The position numbers were made by a program, and so were the translations under genes. The notes beneath the pieces were generated by a model. That model worked only from the letters and a program-made list of their open reading frames with translations, was not told the origin of the DNA and made no database searches. DNA of 64,000 nt. Origin: Tubulanus polymorphus. Taxonomy: Eukaryota; Animalia; Nemertea. How positions within the stretch are numbered: position 1 is the first letter of the stretch; each line of letters begins with the position of its first letter. Positions 1-13,000 of this stretch are shown here, one piece after another. Where the stretch lies: the NCBI RefSeq assembly GCF_964204645.1, contig NC_134027.1, positions 11,192,485 to 11,256,484 on the forward strand, read 5' to 3'.

Positions 1-158
1 TGATAATGTATTTATTAAGGATTTGTCGGTGAATTGCTGATCATTTACATGGTTATCTCTGTCACCCTGATATAAGTCAAATATTTCATAATCATATATA
101 TCTGCAATTTCATATCGAATGGTTCATAATATTTCATATATCTTACTATATGAAATGC

Positions 159-211
159 TTAATAATAATAATAATAATAATACTAATAATTTAGATAAAT
201 GGATATAGTAT

Positions 212-247
<36 letters not shown>
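159..247. repeat. (AAT)n and (TA)n microsatellites
   Basis: AAT run at about 159-189 and TA run at about 214-247. Confidence 0.95.
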
Positions 248-249
<2 letters not shown>

Positions 250-891
250 TAATATATATCTTTATTAACGTGTCATCTCGATACACAAGCCAGCCTATAA
301 TAAGGCTTACAAGACACATATGTGCTTTAATCGTAATCAACATGTGACATTACTCAATATGTTTTCATAGTAATTAGCTCTAGTCAGTGCTCATCAATAA
401 TTAATTAATGTCTCTCAAATATGTCACCAGGTGTTAGTTTGTGAGTCCGCCGGTTTCATCTCCCAATGAACCGGGCACATTTGTATTCTGCAATCATCTG
501 AAAATCCATTAAACAGGGCCATTGAGTGAAACAGCTATCACAAATGTATAGGCTATATATCAGCAAATTAGTTGGAAAATCTCTCGAAGTTTTGAACTCA
601 TAATACTATCCAGAAGCTCAAGATAGGTAAATTTGTGTAGAATGGAGAAATCATCTTATATCATAGACCGAATAAGCTTAGAGAAAGAGCACACACATTT
701 ACTCTACATACTTACCCCATGTAAACATCACATTCTAACAACATGCAGGGTACAGTCTGGCCCGTGCAGGTTCGAGCATTTGTCCATTTGTCAAGGAACG
801 GCGAATAAAGTTGATTTGGATTTATTTGCAAAAAGGAAGCAAGCCTGCGTGTGTTGGTTGTGAAATAATCCCCACCTAGCTGTCATTGTCA

Positions 892-902
892 ACCCGGAAG
901 TA
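892..902 (+). promoter_or_regulatory. ETS/GABP-type motif upstream of the C12orf56-like start
   Basis: ACCCGGAAGTA, about 110 bp upstream of the ATG at 1010. Confidence 0.4.
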
Positions 903-1009
903 AATAGACTATTTCGATATTTCGATCAATCATTTTCAAATTTTTTGGCTCGGCCTGAGGTCGGCATTTCCAATTTGTACCCGCAAAATTGCAATCCTCT
1001 CATCCATGC

Positions 1010-4000
1010 ATGGATCGTAATGGAACGGAAAGTATCAGCAAGCGAAATAACAGTAAATTCGACACATTTCTGCGGCGTAAACTCGACAACGAAACGTTCG
1101 AAAGAATTCGTTATTACGAAGCCTGCGTTGTGTGCAGCGAATGGGAAGATAAACAATTTAAATATGTGGTGTTGGGACACGAATGGCTGTACCTGACCGA
1201 AAATCCACCCAGATCCATCAGAGATGCCGTGCATTTGAAAGACATCATTTCTATAGATTTGGTAAGTTGTAATTACCTCTGTTCTATATTTTATTTTACT
1301 GTTTCTAATTAGCGTAATGTTTGTTTTCAAAGGGTTCTCCCCTCTCTGAGTACAGCCTTGTTTGGCTTGGGATGAATTCTTGACACACTTCTGTATATTA
1401 ATGACTGATTTATATTTGTGTATTTGTATTCTGTGTACTGGTCTTTGGTGTCTAAATAAACTTCAATGCAATAAAGGAAAAAAATAGAATGTCAGCTCCG
1501 TTTTAGACATCAACTTTTTAATTATAGCCTCACTAGATCATACTTTTCGACACCGGATCATGCAAATCAAAATATTTTACGTACTATGTAGGCCTAGCAA
1601 ATGATACCCTGCTGATTTCGCCGATTAGGCCTAATCTAGAACAAACTGATATGATCAAATTAACCAGGTTTGACCGTAGTAATCGTAATAGTGAAGATAT
1701 TAAAATTTGTATGTCCATATCGAATTCTAATTTAGGTGACCACTCTTGCTATTTTAGGAAAAAATACAGCTTGTTCCCCTCCACTGGTTTGCATTCATTA
1801 TCCAAAGTCAAAAACGAGTACGGCATTTAGACAAACATTCTAGGTCTTAAATATCTTACTTATCTGGTTATTGCTTTCAATACCTAATACCTACTGATTA
1901 TGTTTGGAAAAATACCTATCCGGTCTATCTGATAAAATCTGGTATCTTGTCAACAATTTTTCGAAAATAAGAAAGGAAAAATTTAAACGATATATTTAAG
2001 TGGTCATGATAGGCTATAGGCCTAAATCTGGAAAATTAGGCCCATAGAAATTTATATAGAATGAATTGTTATCGAATAGATATCTTCATTCCAGACACTA
2101 GTGGGACAATAGCTAATAGAAACTTAGTTGAGAGAGGCTTTTGAATTTGCAGCGCCCGCACTGCTGAATGGGTTCTGCCTAGTCAAATAAGATCTAATTA
2201 GGCACCGGCCAAATTTGACTTGAGCCTGACCCGTGCCAATTGTCTCCGTGTGATCGCCGCTTCAGAGGATAGGAAAAGATTTCGTTTTTTGTCAGAATTA
2301 GTCAAAAGTCAGAGCTGACCATGTTTGAGTAAGGTGAGGTCTACTGGAATAGAATTTCCACTGTTAACAAGAAAATTAATTTAGTTTTCACTATACAGCT
2401 TCTCTCCGCTCTTTTGCGATAGCATTATCTCCATTGTGTTATCATTTTTCGTGCTGAATGTGAGTGTTTTATTAATGTGAGTATTATATCTTGTATTGAT
2501 TGAAATATGATTAAGTAAGTGTCCGATCTGTTCATTTTGGAAGAGCTGTCCTCGGGGTTTATTTTGCAACAAATAGTTTGTTCCAACACGTCAAAGAAGA
2601 ATTTTGTTCCTTTTGTTGTGAAGTTTTTTGAATTACCATGTTCGTGGTCACAGCTGGGACATTTTTTTCTGCGTTTCAGATTGGGACATATTTTCCTAGG
2701 ACGTAATTTATTTTTCAAAAATTTTAGGAAAAGCAATTGCCTGTAGTAGAAACAAAATACTAGGCTAGTGATTTATAGAGTGGAAAATTTTTTTACGACC
2801 AGGAGATTTATTTGACTCGAAATATACAGTCCGTATTAAGTGCCGAACAATTCACGCGTTCTAAAGCAAACGCCATGCAAATCAAAACAATCGAAAAACC
2901 TGATTGAATAAATGTCCCGAACTGGAATTCTTCAAAGGATAGTGGTTTCTATAAATAGTAATGTGTATAGTGATTTTATAGGCTCATTGCCTACAGGTGA
3001 ATCAGCGTAGAATGTAGGCTAGTCCTATTCGGGGGTCAATTACCTCGGAATATTTTGAAAGTGTCTTTAATCGGATTATCCAATAATTAGTTTAGCTTCT
3101 TACGCGAGAATTTATTCCGCGCGCAGTTCGAAGCATTCGACAGGCCTATACCCCTTCTTTAATTAAACTCGCAGGAGGCCATCATCGATCCGATTTCAGT
3201 GAAACCTAAGTACGAAGTTCATATATATGTAATCATTATCGTATAGTTTCTGGTTACGGTATTTGAAGAAGTTAATCATAATTTCACAGCGGTACAACGT
3301 GCCACTGCCTCTGACCGATATGTGCTAATCATTGCGGTATTGTCAGGTATTGTGTCGGAGAATTGTTCCAGTTCAGACGTGTTGTTGTCATCGGCGGTCT
3401 CTCGTCTCCACGGACGACACCTATTCCGATCGCCGTGGTGACAGATACGATTCCCGTGTCTGATCATAGATATATCGGAATTTTAAAAGCTATTCGCGCA
3501 CCACACTCCCTGTAGGCTATAGGCCTTTACGCCCACTGTCTAGACAATGTATCTATATTAATATTAATATCGATTATGTGAGGCTTATTATTCTATCCAA
3601 ACAATTACGAAAAGGTTCTATGGACATTCGTTGAAGAAGAATTCTATCAACACAATATCACATCATTTGCATCAGCCATGTTTTTAATTAACAACTCATA
3701 GAAAGGATGGGCGTATAAATGTCAACATTGACAAACATGATTTTGCTAGTTTGTATGAATGTTTACAGTGAATATTTGTGGAAAGTTCAAAATGCTAAAA
3801 CAACGTCCACTGAAAAGAAAAGAAAATATGATTACTTGTGGTTTTCACCAAAGTATCTGACTTGACTATCTGATTATAATCAGATACTTGTGTGAAAACC
3901 AAAATACAACTGCAAGCTATCGTTTTGCAGATAACCAAATTGATTTTACTGTAATTTCCAATAATCTAGAACTATCTTGCATCTGATGTCATCTAGTACA

Positions 4001-7000
4001 GACTATCATGTCCGTTGTTAACATATTGTTTAGATTGCCTAGGTCTTAGCTCTTTTTTTTTTATAAATTACAGATTCGCTTTTCAATTTCAATTATTCAG
4101 ATGGTATATTCAACTGTGCATTCAATATGTAAAATCTAGTTTACATAAGAGCATCATGTCCAATCTTAAAAAATTTTCATGTTTGCCAAATCATCTGCAT
4201 ATTTCCTTCTCTCTGGCATTTTACCTATGGTACGATTTTTCCTCTGGCATTTCTACCACTTTTACTGGCATTATTACCTATGGCATTTTTACCTCTGGCA
4301 TTGGTACTAGATTCCCTTTCTGTTACGCACTTGACTTTCGCGTTAAAATCCCATATTCTTCAAAATAGATAAAATCCCCTGCCAGTTGAATGGAGTGCAA
4401 ATAGAAACAATTTTTAGGTTGAATTGTTTCTGCATTATCCATTTTTTTCATGTAGGTGGACTTGCTTTTGGCATTTCAAATAAGAATGCCCGTTGTGGAA
4501 ACTTTGTTCCTTGTTTGTTTACCATAGCAGCAGTAATTTTCGACAATTTTTTTTGAATTAACATTTCTCGTTGCAGAAAAATGACTTCCCCGACTTTTTG
4601 TTGGGCGAAAATAAGAATAATACTCTCCACGTCGTCGTCAAATACAAATCGACGAATGCGAAATTACGAAAACCGCCGAAGAAAGACGCCCAATGCGGCA
4701 ACAACGCCGACTACGGCTTGGAACGCGCCAGTGCGACAACGACGTCATTGATGCTGCCGGCTCTCGGCGTCGGGTCGCTGTCGCCGATTCTGAAACAGAA
4801 GCATTTATCAGCATCCTCCGTTGAACAACAACAAAAACGTAGTTCCGATCAACATCGCCGGTCAGAAAGCTGGAATGACGAGTCATATCTGAAATTGTCG
4901 TCGAGCAGCCTTAGCTTCGACGATTCCTCCTCCGATGATGACGAACCGAGATTGTCTCGTTCGGTCGGCAACGACGGAGACGGCTCGCCGCGAGCGGGCG
5001 CGGCCGCGAATCGGAAACTGCAATCGTTGAAACATCTGAAATTGCCGGACGGGTTTGCCACGCCGCCGGCTAGTCCCGGTAGTCGCCGGCGAAAACCGGT
5101 CGTCAAAACGAAATTGTCCGTTCCGAATATAAAACTGAATCAGGGTAAATCGCTGGAGGATCTGACGGCGGCGGCCGCGAAATCCGAATCGTCGATTCAT
5201 CATTCGAAAAGTGAAGCGTTCCTTTCTCCGAGGTCGGACTACGATTCGTCGTATCATCGCGCTAGTTTCGATGATAGTAAGAGGTAATTTTCATGGTATC
5301 CTCCCCTGGATCATATATCATTCAAGGATTACAAGATGGATCCCTCCCAACAGTTACTATTCAGGGGCCAGTTGCTCAAAAGTTGGTTATAGATAACCCG
5401 GCGGACAAATAACTTAGTAACAATAATGAACTTTTGACTATCCTATGTCGACTATCCACTGGTTAACTCTAACCGACTTTTGAGCAACTGGCCCCAGGAT
5501 GGCCACTGACCTTGAAAACCTGGAAAACTCAGGAAATAAGAAAACTGTTTTGAAAAAAAATCAAGGAAATCAGGGAATTCGACAAATTAAACCAAAATCC
5601 TGGAAAATTCGAATAAAACTACTGACCATTTGTTTCTTTATCAATACGTGATTCATTGAAAAATGTTTAAATTGTAACATTTCAAACCTAGAAATCTGTC
5701 TGATTCACTCTGGGAATTTTGTGTAATCACACGGAAAAATCAAGGAAAATTCAGGGGATTTGTAAATGTGCGGAAAAGTGGTAACCCTGTTTGCACAAAA
5801 CCTGGAACACCCCCAATTAATAAACATGGTCAGTATCCACGACATGAGTAGATAGATTAGATGCCTTCTGGTGCATTTTGAGCACTTTTTGCTAAAAATC
5901 AAAAGATGATCATGACAGATTTTGTGTCAAAATGTTGACTGATGTATCTTTACATTGACATGATCGACTATGTTTTTGAATTGTTTGGTCGGCTAAAAAA
6001 GGGGGCACTGGCCACCGATTTTGACGGCCGATGTTTGAAAATTTTGATTGAAGATTTTTTTTATACTTCCGTATCTATTTGTAGCCATTGTTCGACTGAT
6101 TCTCAGCATTCTTATCGAGGAGGTGTTCCCGACATTCCGGAGATTTATAAGCCAGACGGGGAAGAAATCCACGATGAATTGTGTCTGCATCTTTACATGC
6201 TCAATCGCAATTCACCGATTCTTAATTTCACTCGCAGTGCTTGGAACAACTATATCATTGTAAGTATAGTTGATTACAACTTGTTTGCGCGGACATTATG
6301 GATTATCAATAATCTATAATCTATGTTTTATTTCCACTGCCCGTATGTACATGTACTCAGAAAACTGATTGAGCTATGGCAGGGTTCCTACAACTCCTTA
6401 TGAATGGAAAATGCTTTTAAATTGCTTTAAACTCCTTTGATTTCAGCAGAATTCCCAAGACTCCTTTAAAACTCCTTTTTTAGGATTTTTAGAAGTAGGC
6501 AATAAGAAATTCTTTATGAGACTACACCTAGATTGGTACGGTTAGGATCGGGATATTATCTATCCAATTAGACAGTTAGCCAATAAGAAAAAGTAGAGTA
6601 AAGGATATAAATTTGCTAACAAAATCATCGAATTAATAATACTTGACCGAGATGAACAGTACCGAATTTAGGAGTTTGCTGTAAAGGAAATAAAGTGATG
6701 CAGGCACTTCCTTGAAATTTGGAATTTTTTCCTTTGAAAATCCTTGAAAACTCCTTATATCCAGGAATGACCGATCTGTAGGGACCCTGCATGGGATCAT
6801 GGACGTATAAACTGAAGTATAAACTCAAATTGATACGTACATGATGGGTTCCAACATCAGTGCAAAAAATTGAATAAGTACGGAGTAATGGACATATAAG
6901 TAAAGGCTGTCATACTCTTTCCTGATTTTGCCAGTCCAATTCGTTAGTGTCGGGCTAGTGATTCAACTGCACTTAACAAAATGGGTGCTGGATCCCTACG

Positions 7001-10000
7001 GGACACAGCCTCCATTGGCTTTCCAAGCATCCAGCCATGTATGCATGTAAAATGTTTGTAATCTATCTATCATTTATACTGCATATGTACATGGCGAAAT
7101 AAATATCATTATAAATGGCATGAACTAGGATTAGGAAAGTTGGCAGCAGGCAATTATGTTTGAAATTAATTTTCATACCTGGTTGGACCTCACACTAAAA
7201 TGTCATAAAAAAGATCTTTTCTCAAATTAACTAATTGATTAAGTAGAGAAAACGTTTTGTTTCCAACGAACAAATATTTCCGTATGCATTTCAGAGAGCG
7301 ACGTTAATGCACGATGAAGAATTCGCCGAAAAAGAAGCGTTCAAATCAACTGCCCAAGTGTAAGTAATCCGTGCATTAAAAAAATGTGCCGTTGTCTCCT
7401 TAAATCTTAGGGAAAAAAATGCATGTATAAAATGCTTGATTGTTGTCGGTAATTGCCGTACTACAGAGCTGCCAACTGCTCCCCCTTCTTTTCGGTATTT
7501 CTTACTTTTTTCTTACTATTTTGGCATTAAAAAGATTCTTATGTTTCGATTGGTAATACGAAGGTTGTAACTAAGGGTTTTTACTACCGATCGAGTACCT
7601 AACGATTTGAACATTGAAGATATTTGAATTCTTTCCCGATTTGCAGTATGCCGATACAGATTTGTTACTCTTGCACTTGTGCCGGGTTTGATTTGTTTGA
7701 TGTATGTATAGTATACTACAGAGATCATCACCTAGGATCTTGGTGCTTGATTTGAACATTGAACGTATTTCAATTGTTCCCATTTTTCAGTAGGCCTATG
7801 TTAATTGCAAAACACTGATTTGATTAGTTTGATTTATTGATTGTACTACGGAAACAGGAAATCCATTATTGAGTGGGCTCCAACTGATTGTATATATCGA
7901 TGAAAATGTAACTGCAAAAATTCATCAGACTTTATACTGATAAAACTTGCCGGAGGTTGGCAGCCCTGGTCATACATGATATGACTTAAGAGAAAGGGTT
8001 GTAGGTTGTATGTTTCAATTATAGTTAAGTCCTGCGCCACAGCAATAGATAACACCAAAAATACATAAAGAATTATATATAATACATGCATACTCTATGT
8101 ATTTTTGATATCACACCTGTAGCCTACGATTGATTCGAATATTATTGAACAATGGATGCGTAGATTAAATTGAGCATGAAGTACTGCATCCTCTCTCGGC
8201 GCAGATTCGAACGCGACGGTACGAAACCCTGCCGCTCCATCCCGTTCGCGCAGGTACATGCTCAGCTTAGACGATGTCGTTATTGTATTAGCCAATCAGA
8301 GAAATCCCGTTTATATTTTAACCCGGCAAACTTGCGCCAAACCTGAGCACGTACCTGCGCACCCAGTCTAGTGCGGTAGGGTTTTGTGCCGTGACCGAGT
8401 CTAGCGATGCCATTAGGTTCGATTCCCTGCCGGCGGAGGATGCGAGTAATGTCCCTGTCAACTGCATGTTTTGCATGGTGTATACGGTACATCGTGGTGG
8501 TATGAGTTTTTAAATCGATTCATGTGAACTTTTCGAATCATGTATATATTTAGGAAAAATCGACACAGATCGTTGTCCGGGTGAGTGGCGTATATATTAT
8601 ATATATATATATGTATACATGTATTTACGATGTTGTACGTACGTTAAACATTTCGTTTATTTTTTCTTTTACCCAGTGATTTTTCGGGGAAGTTATTTTT
8701 ACAAGTCCGGGGAAGGTTGTTAGTCCCCCTAATCAAACTACTACCGATTATACGCAGAAGGGGAATGGGCTGCAGTTAGTTACCTGTTGAATGATATTAA
8801 GATCTGCTAATGCTTTAGGATATGTGTATGAAGTTCGTCCGCCTTATCTAATTTTAAAATCGACGGAATGTATGAGGAGGCGATCGGGTAGGGGGCAGCA
8901 GGATCGCGAAGGTTGTTAGTTACCTGTCGAACGATCAAAATTATATGCAGAATTCTTCATTGACGGAATACAACTACAGTTCATCTCTTGATTTTTTTTC
9001 GTTTACGATAAATAAGCTTTATCCAATCTGAAGAAGTGATTCTATTTTGATTTCGAGCATTATTCCATCGAAGAGAAATTGCAAAGTATCTATATTTAAT
9101 CATCAGAGGTTGTGTTGTTTTGATGCGGTCACATCGAGTGACTCTGAGAATATCAAAATTGTTGCATTTCAGAGATATCCGCCGTGTTCTCTGTATGCTA
9201 AAATTTCAAAGGGGCTACGTTATGACATTGTGGCTGCTGAAGTAGCAAGGCTTTCGATCCCCCAAAAAATACAGAAAATTAGGCTTAATTTTCGTGTAAT
9301 CTTCTATTTTTCATATCAGTTTAATGTATTTCAAAGCAATTATCACCAATGATAGAATATTAACATCTACTCTGGTAGGGACAGCAGATTTTTGATGAGG
9401 GGATGGCTGATTTTCAGAGTGGTGGATGTTAAAATGAAAGTGGTGGCCATGCCTCTAAAAACTGTTGTTGTGGACGAAATCTACCAATACTAAATAACAG
9501 GGTCAATCCCTATTTTAAGATTTTAACAAACTGTTGTGGAGAACAGTGATCGGTGGGTGGCCCCAAGTCAACTATGTTTCAGGTTTAAAGTAGGTTCATA
9601 ATAGAACTTTATGTCTGGTTTCCTGCAGTACTTTTACTAGCAGATGGAACATTAATTTTTCTGACATATTTTACATATTTCATTAAAATCGAGCGTTCAT
9701 TTCTATTTCATTTTATGATTTTAACTCGACGTATCTTTTAAGTTAAGTGAGCGTATGAATTATATATATATGATAATTACGATGTATTATGGCATATTTC
9801 GTTCTTTCATTGGTTACCATTTCGTTTGTCAGGGGCGGATCCAAGGGCAGGTTGCAAAGGGTGCGCGTCCGCTTAAGCTTAAAGTTTCCTAAAATGATGT
9901 TTTTTGATCAGCTTTCTTTCGGAGTGCCCTTTTAGTTATAGTAAATGCCCTTTTTTGGGGGACGCACCCTCTCTGAATCAGGCCTTAGATCCGCTCCGTT

Positions 10001-13000
10001 TATACCGTAAACCCTTCTTACTCCCGATCATTTCAGTCCAATAATCCGGATTAAAACTCATTTCCTATGAGTTTATTCGTAGGCCTTCTAGAATATCCAG
10101 ATTTAATCAAAATCTGGATTAAGCTGATCAGGATTCAAATGGTTTTACTGTCACCTTTCATATATTTTGTGTGTGAGTGTTCTATCGTTTATTTTATTTA
10201 CAGGTGTCGATTCCATTTCGAATACAAGATTACTCTTTTCTAAAACGTTTGGTTTTTTATGTAAATGTTTAAGTGGGGCGGATTCATACCGTCACAAAAA
10301 AGCTGTCTATGTGACGGTCACAAAAACTTCTGTTAATTTTTTTTTCCGTGTGTATAACTAGAGATACGAAAAACTTAGCCCGTGGCTCTGAAGTAAATCT
10401 CAACCACAGAACGAACAGAATGTAAGGATCAATTAAAACCTCCAGTTGGTTTTAATATCAAAGTTATGCTTATATCAAAAACATTCTTATTGGGACAGGA
10501 CTTGAAACCCCTCATAAGGGGCTAGATTTCGTCAATCCTCACTTCGTGCATTGATCTATCACATTGGGTGGAAAGTTACCGCTCAGCTGAGACCAATCAG
10601 GTGCGTTGTTTTTCACTGGCAGATTCGCTCTATCATTGGCCTACCACGCATCTGATTGGCTAGAAATATAAGCCGCGATCACATACGCGTTTTTGGGCCA
10701 TGCTAAATTTGGCCCTGAACAACTGTTTACACGGGTGCCAAAAACGGCTCGAGCCAAATTTAAGCACAGGACAAACGAATGCATTTGAATTGCAACTGGT
10801 ACGGGAAATGACCCACTTCTCTTTGTTTAAGCATTGTTACCGGTACGGCATAGTTCCAGGGGATGACTCGGGACCTTTATTGCTTAACGAATTTACATTG
10901 TGCACGGGTAATGAAAGTTCTCGCAAGTAATCAATTCCTTGTTTGATTTTTTCACCAAATAAATACAGGGAGAAATTAGACCTGCTGTTTGTGCAGTTGA
11001 AGCAAGAGATACTGAATCCGGAGAATAAAATGGAGGATGTGTTTTCACTAGTCAACGAATTGAAAATGGCGATGGAGAAGAATTTCGCGCTGAAAAAACT
11101 CTATTGGAAGGTATGGAATAAATGCCGATTGCAATAGTAGATGTTCGTCGGTCTATGGTTGCTTTATTATCCCTCTATCAAAGAGATATATGCCCTTTTT
11201 ATAGAGACAGTTCTAGGGGGGTCTAACAATACATTCACAACAAGACCCTTGGAATTTTCAATGCCTTTTTGATAATTATATATCGTTAAAAGGCCGCTTC
11301 CTCTATTACTATAATCTTTCTGCAATTTTTTTTTCGAAAATTGTGGCTTCCTCTTACATAAGAACAAAGGCACAATTTTGTTAAGAAAAATCCCGAAAAG
11401 GTTATTTTTCCACTGCCCTATTATAACTCATTTGCCTTACAAAATTCAGTAAGAATCTCAGATCTTGCCATTCGATCCACCACTGTTTTTTGTGGGAACT
11501 CGTGCATACTGGCATCTGACCACATGGTCATGTGTCAAAATCAAACGAACTTACATGAATGACAACTGTAGCAATATGGTTGACTAGCAAATATTTCCTT
11601 GTGTATCTGTTAAAATGGAGTATACTTTGATTTCAGAGTCCAGAGTTGTTCCAGTTTATGGTGAATCAAATTGATTTATATATGAAACCCCATGTAGCAG
11701 ATATCAACACAGATGAAGGTCGTACTCAGCGAGCTGATCAATTAGAGTTAGTTCTGCTTATCCACTGTTTCAACTAAACAAATGCGCTCGTGAAATATTC
11801 TGATTAAGATGACGATGCCTGTTAACATAACATCCAAAACATTTTTTGAAATTGATAATCTTTTCGAATATTTTTTTTGCTTAAAAGTTTTCATGAAATG
11901 TTCTAATCCTAATATATTCATATATTTCATATTTATTTTCTAGATAATTCAATTTAATTCTTATAATTTTGATTTCTAATAATGTAGTTTAATGGTTGTT
12001 AGGCCTAGCGCACGCAGTGTGAAATAAACAGGAAACAGAAACATGTTCTGTGACCGCCGGAAACATTGTTTCCATGCTATTTTGATATCATGTTATACCG
12101 TTACTACGTTTCTCATTGCAAGTGGCAATGTAGGTTTGTTTCAGTATGTCTTGTTTTAGTTTACGTGAACAAACATTGATTAAGGTTGCATAAACATACA
12201 AAATCTGTTTCTTTCTTGTTTTAAGGTTTTTCGTGCATGTGCTGGGCCGTAATCAACAATTCCTTTTTTCGGAATATTGTACAAGTTTAGATACAGAACT
12301 TTATCCGAATCTGTACTTTTTTCAGACTCGTCAATTTGTTATTGGAGTCGCTGTGTTTAGTTTTCCGCGAGACGGAAATATGTCCGTCGCGCGTCGCGGC
12401 GCTGAAAAACGGCGACGGAAAATATATCACTAAACTGCTGTGTAGCGTCACATGCCGTCCGCAAGTACCTGAAAAATATGTGCCATTAACGAATAAAGCC
12501 GCAAAATTACTGATGCAAACAGACATGAACAAAATGAGGTGTATAGCTGATGCCGAGGTAAACTACTTAGATATTCATAAATGGCACTTTTTCTAAGAAA
12601 TTAAACGAATATTTCGTGTCTACGTTCTCATTCCTGTTCCTCTTTTTTGGGACATTTTGCACAGTTTTTGCGTACCTCAAATAGGCTTTTGTAGTGTCCT
12701 GTGTTTGAGTATACGTCGATTATATCTATAAAAATCCATTCATTTGAAGTTTTAAAAGGGAAAGTTTTAATTGTTTTAGAATTAATGAATGCGAATTCAT
12801 TGGGTCCCCTTTTTCATTGAAATAGACATTCACTCAAGTGTAGGCTTAACTGTAATATAAAGAGAATCCCACAATAATTACGAAAAATTAATATTACGTG
12901 TGAAAATGTTTCCTTCAGCTAGTTGTTTATTCTACGTTTCGACTAGATCCTAATAGGCATCTTCAGGAATACTGAGTAACAACAGAATATATACGTTTCA

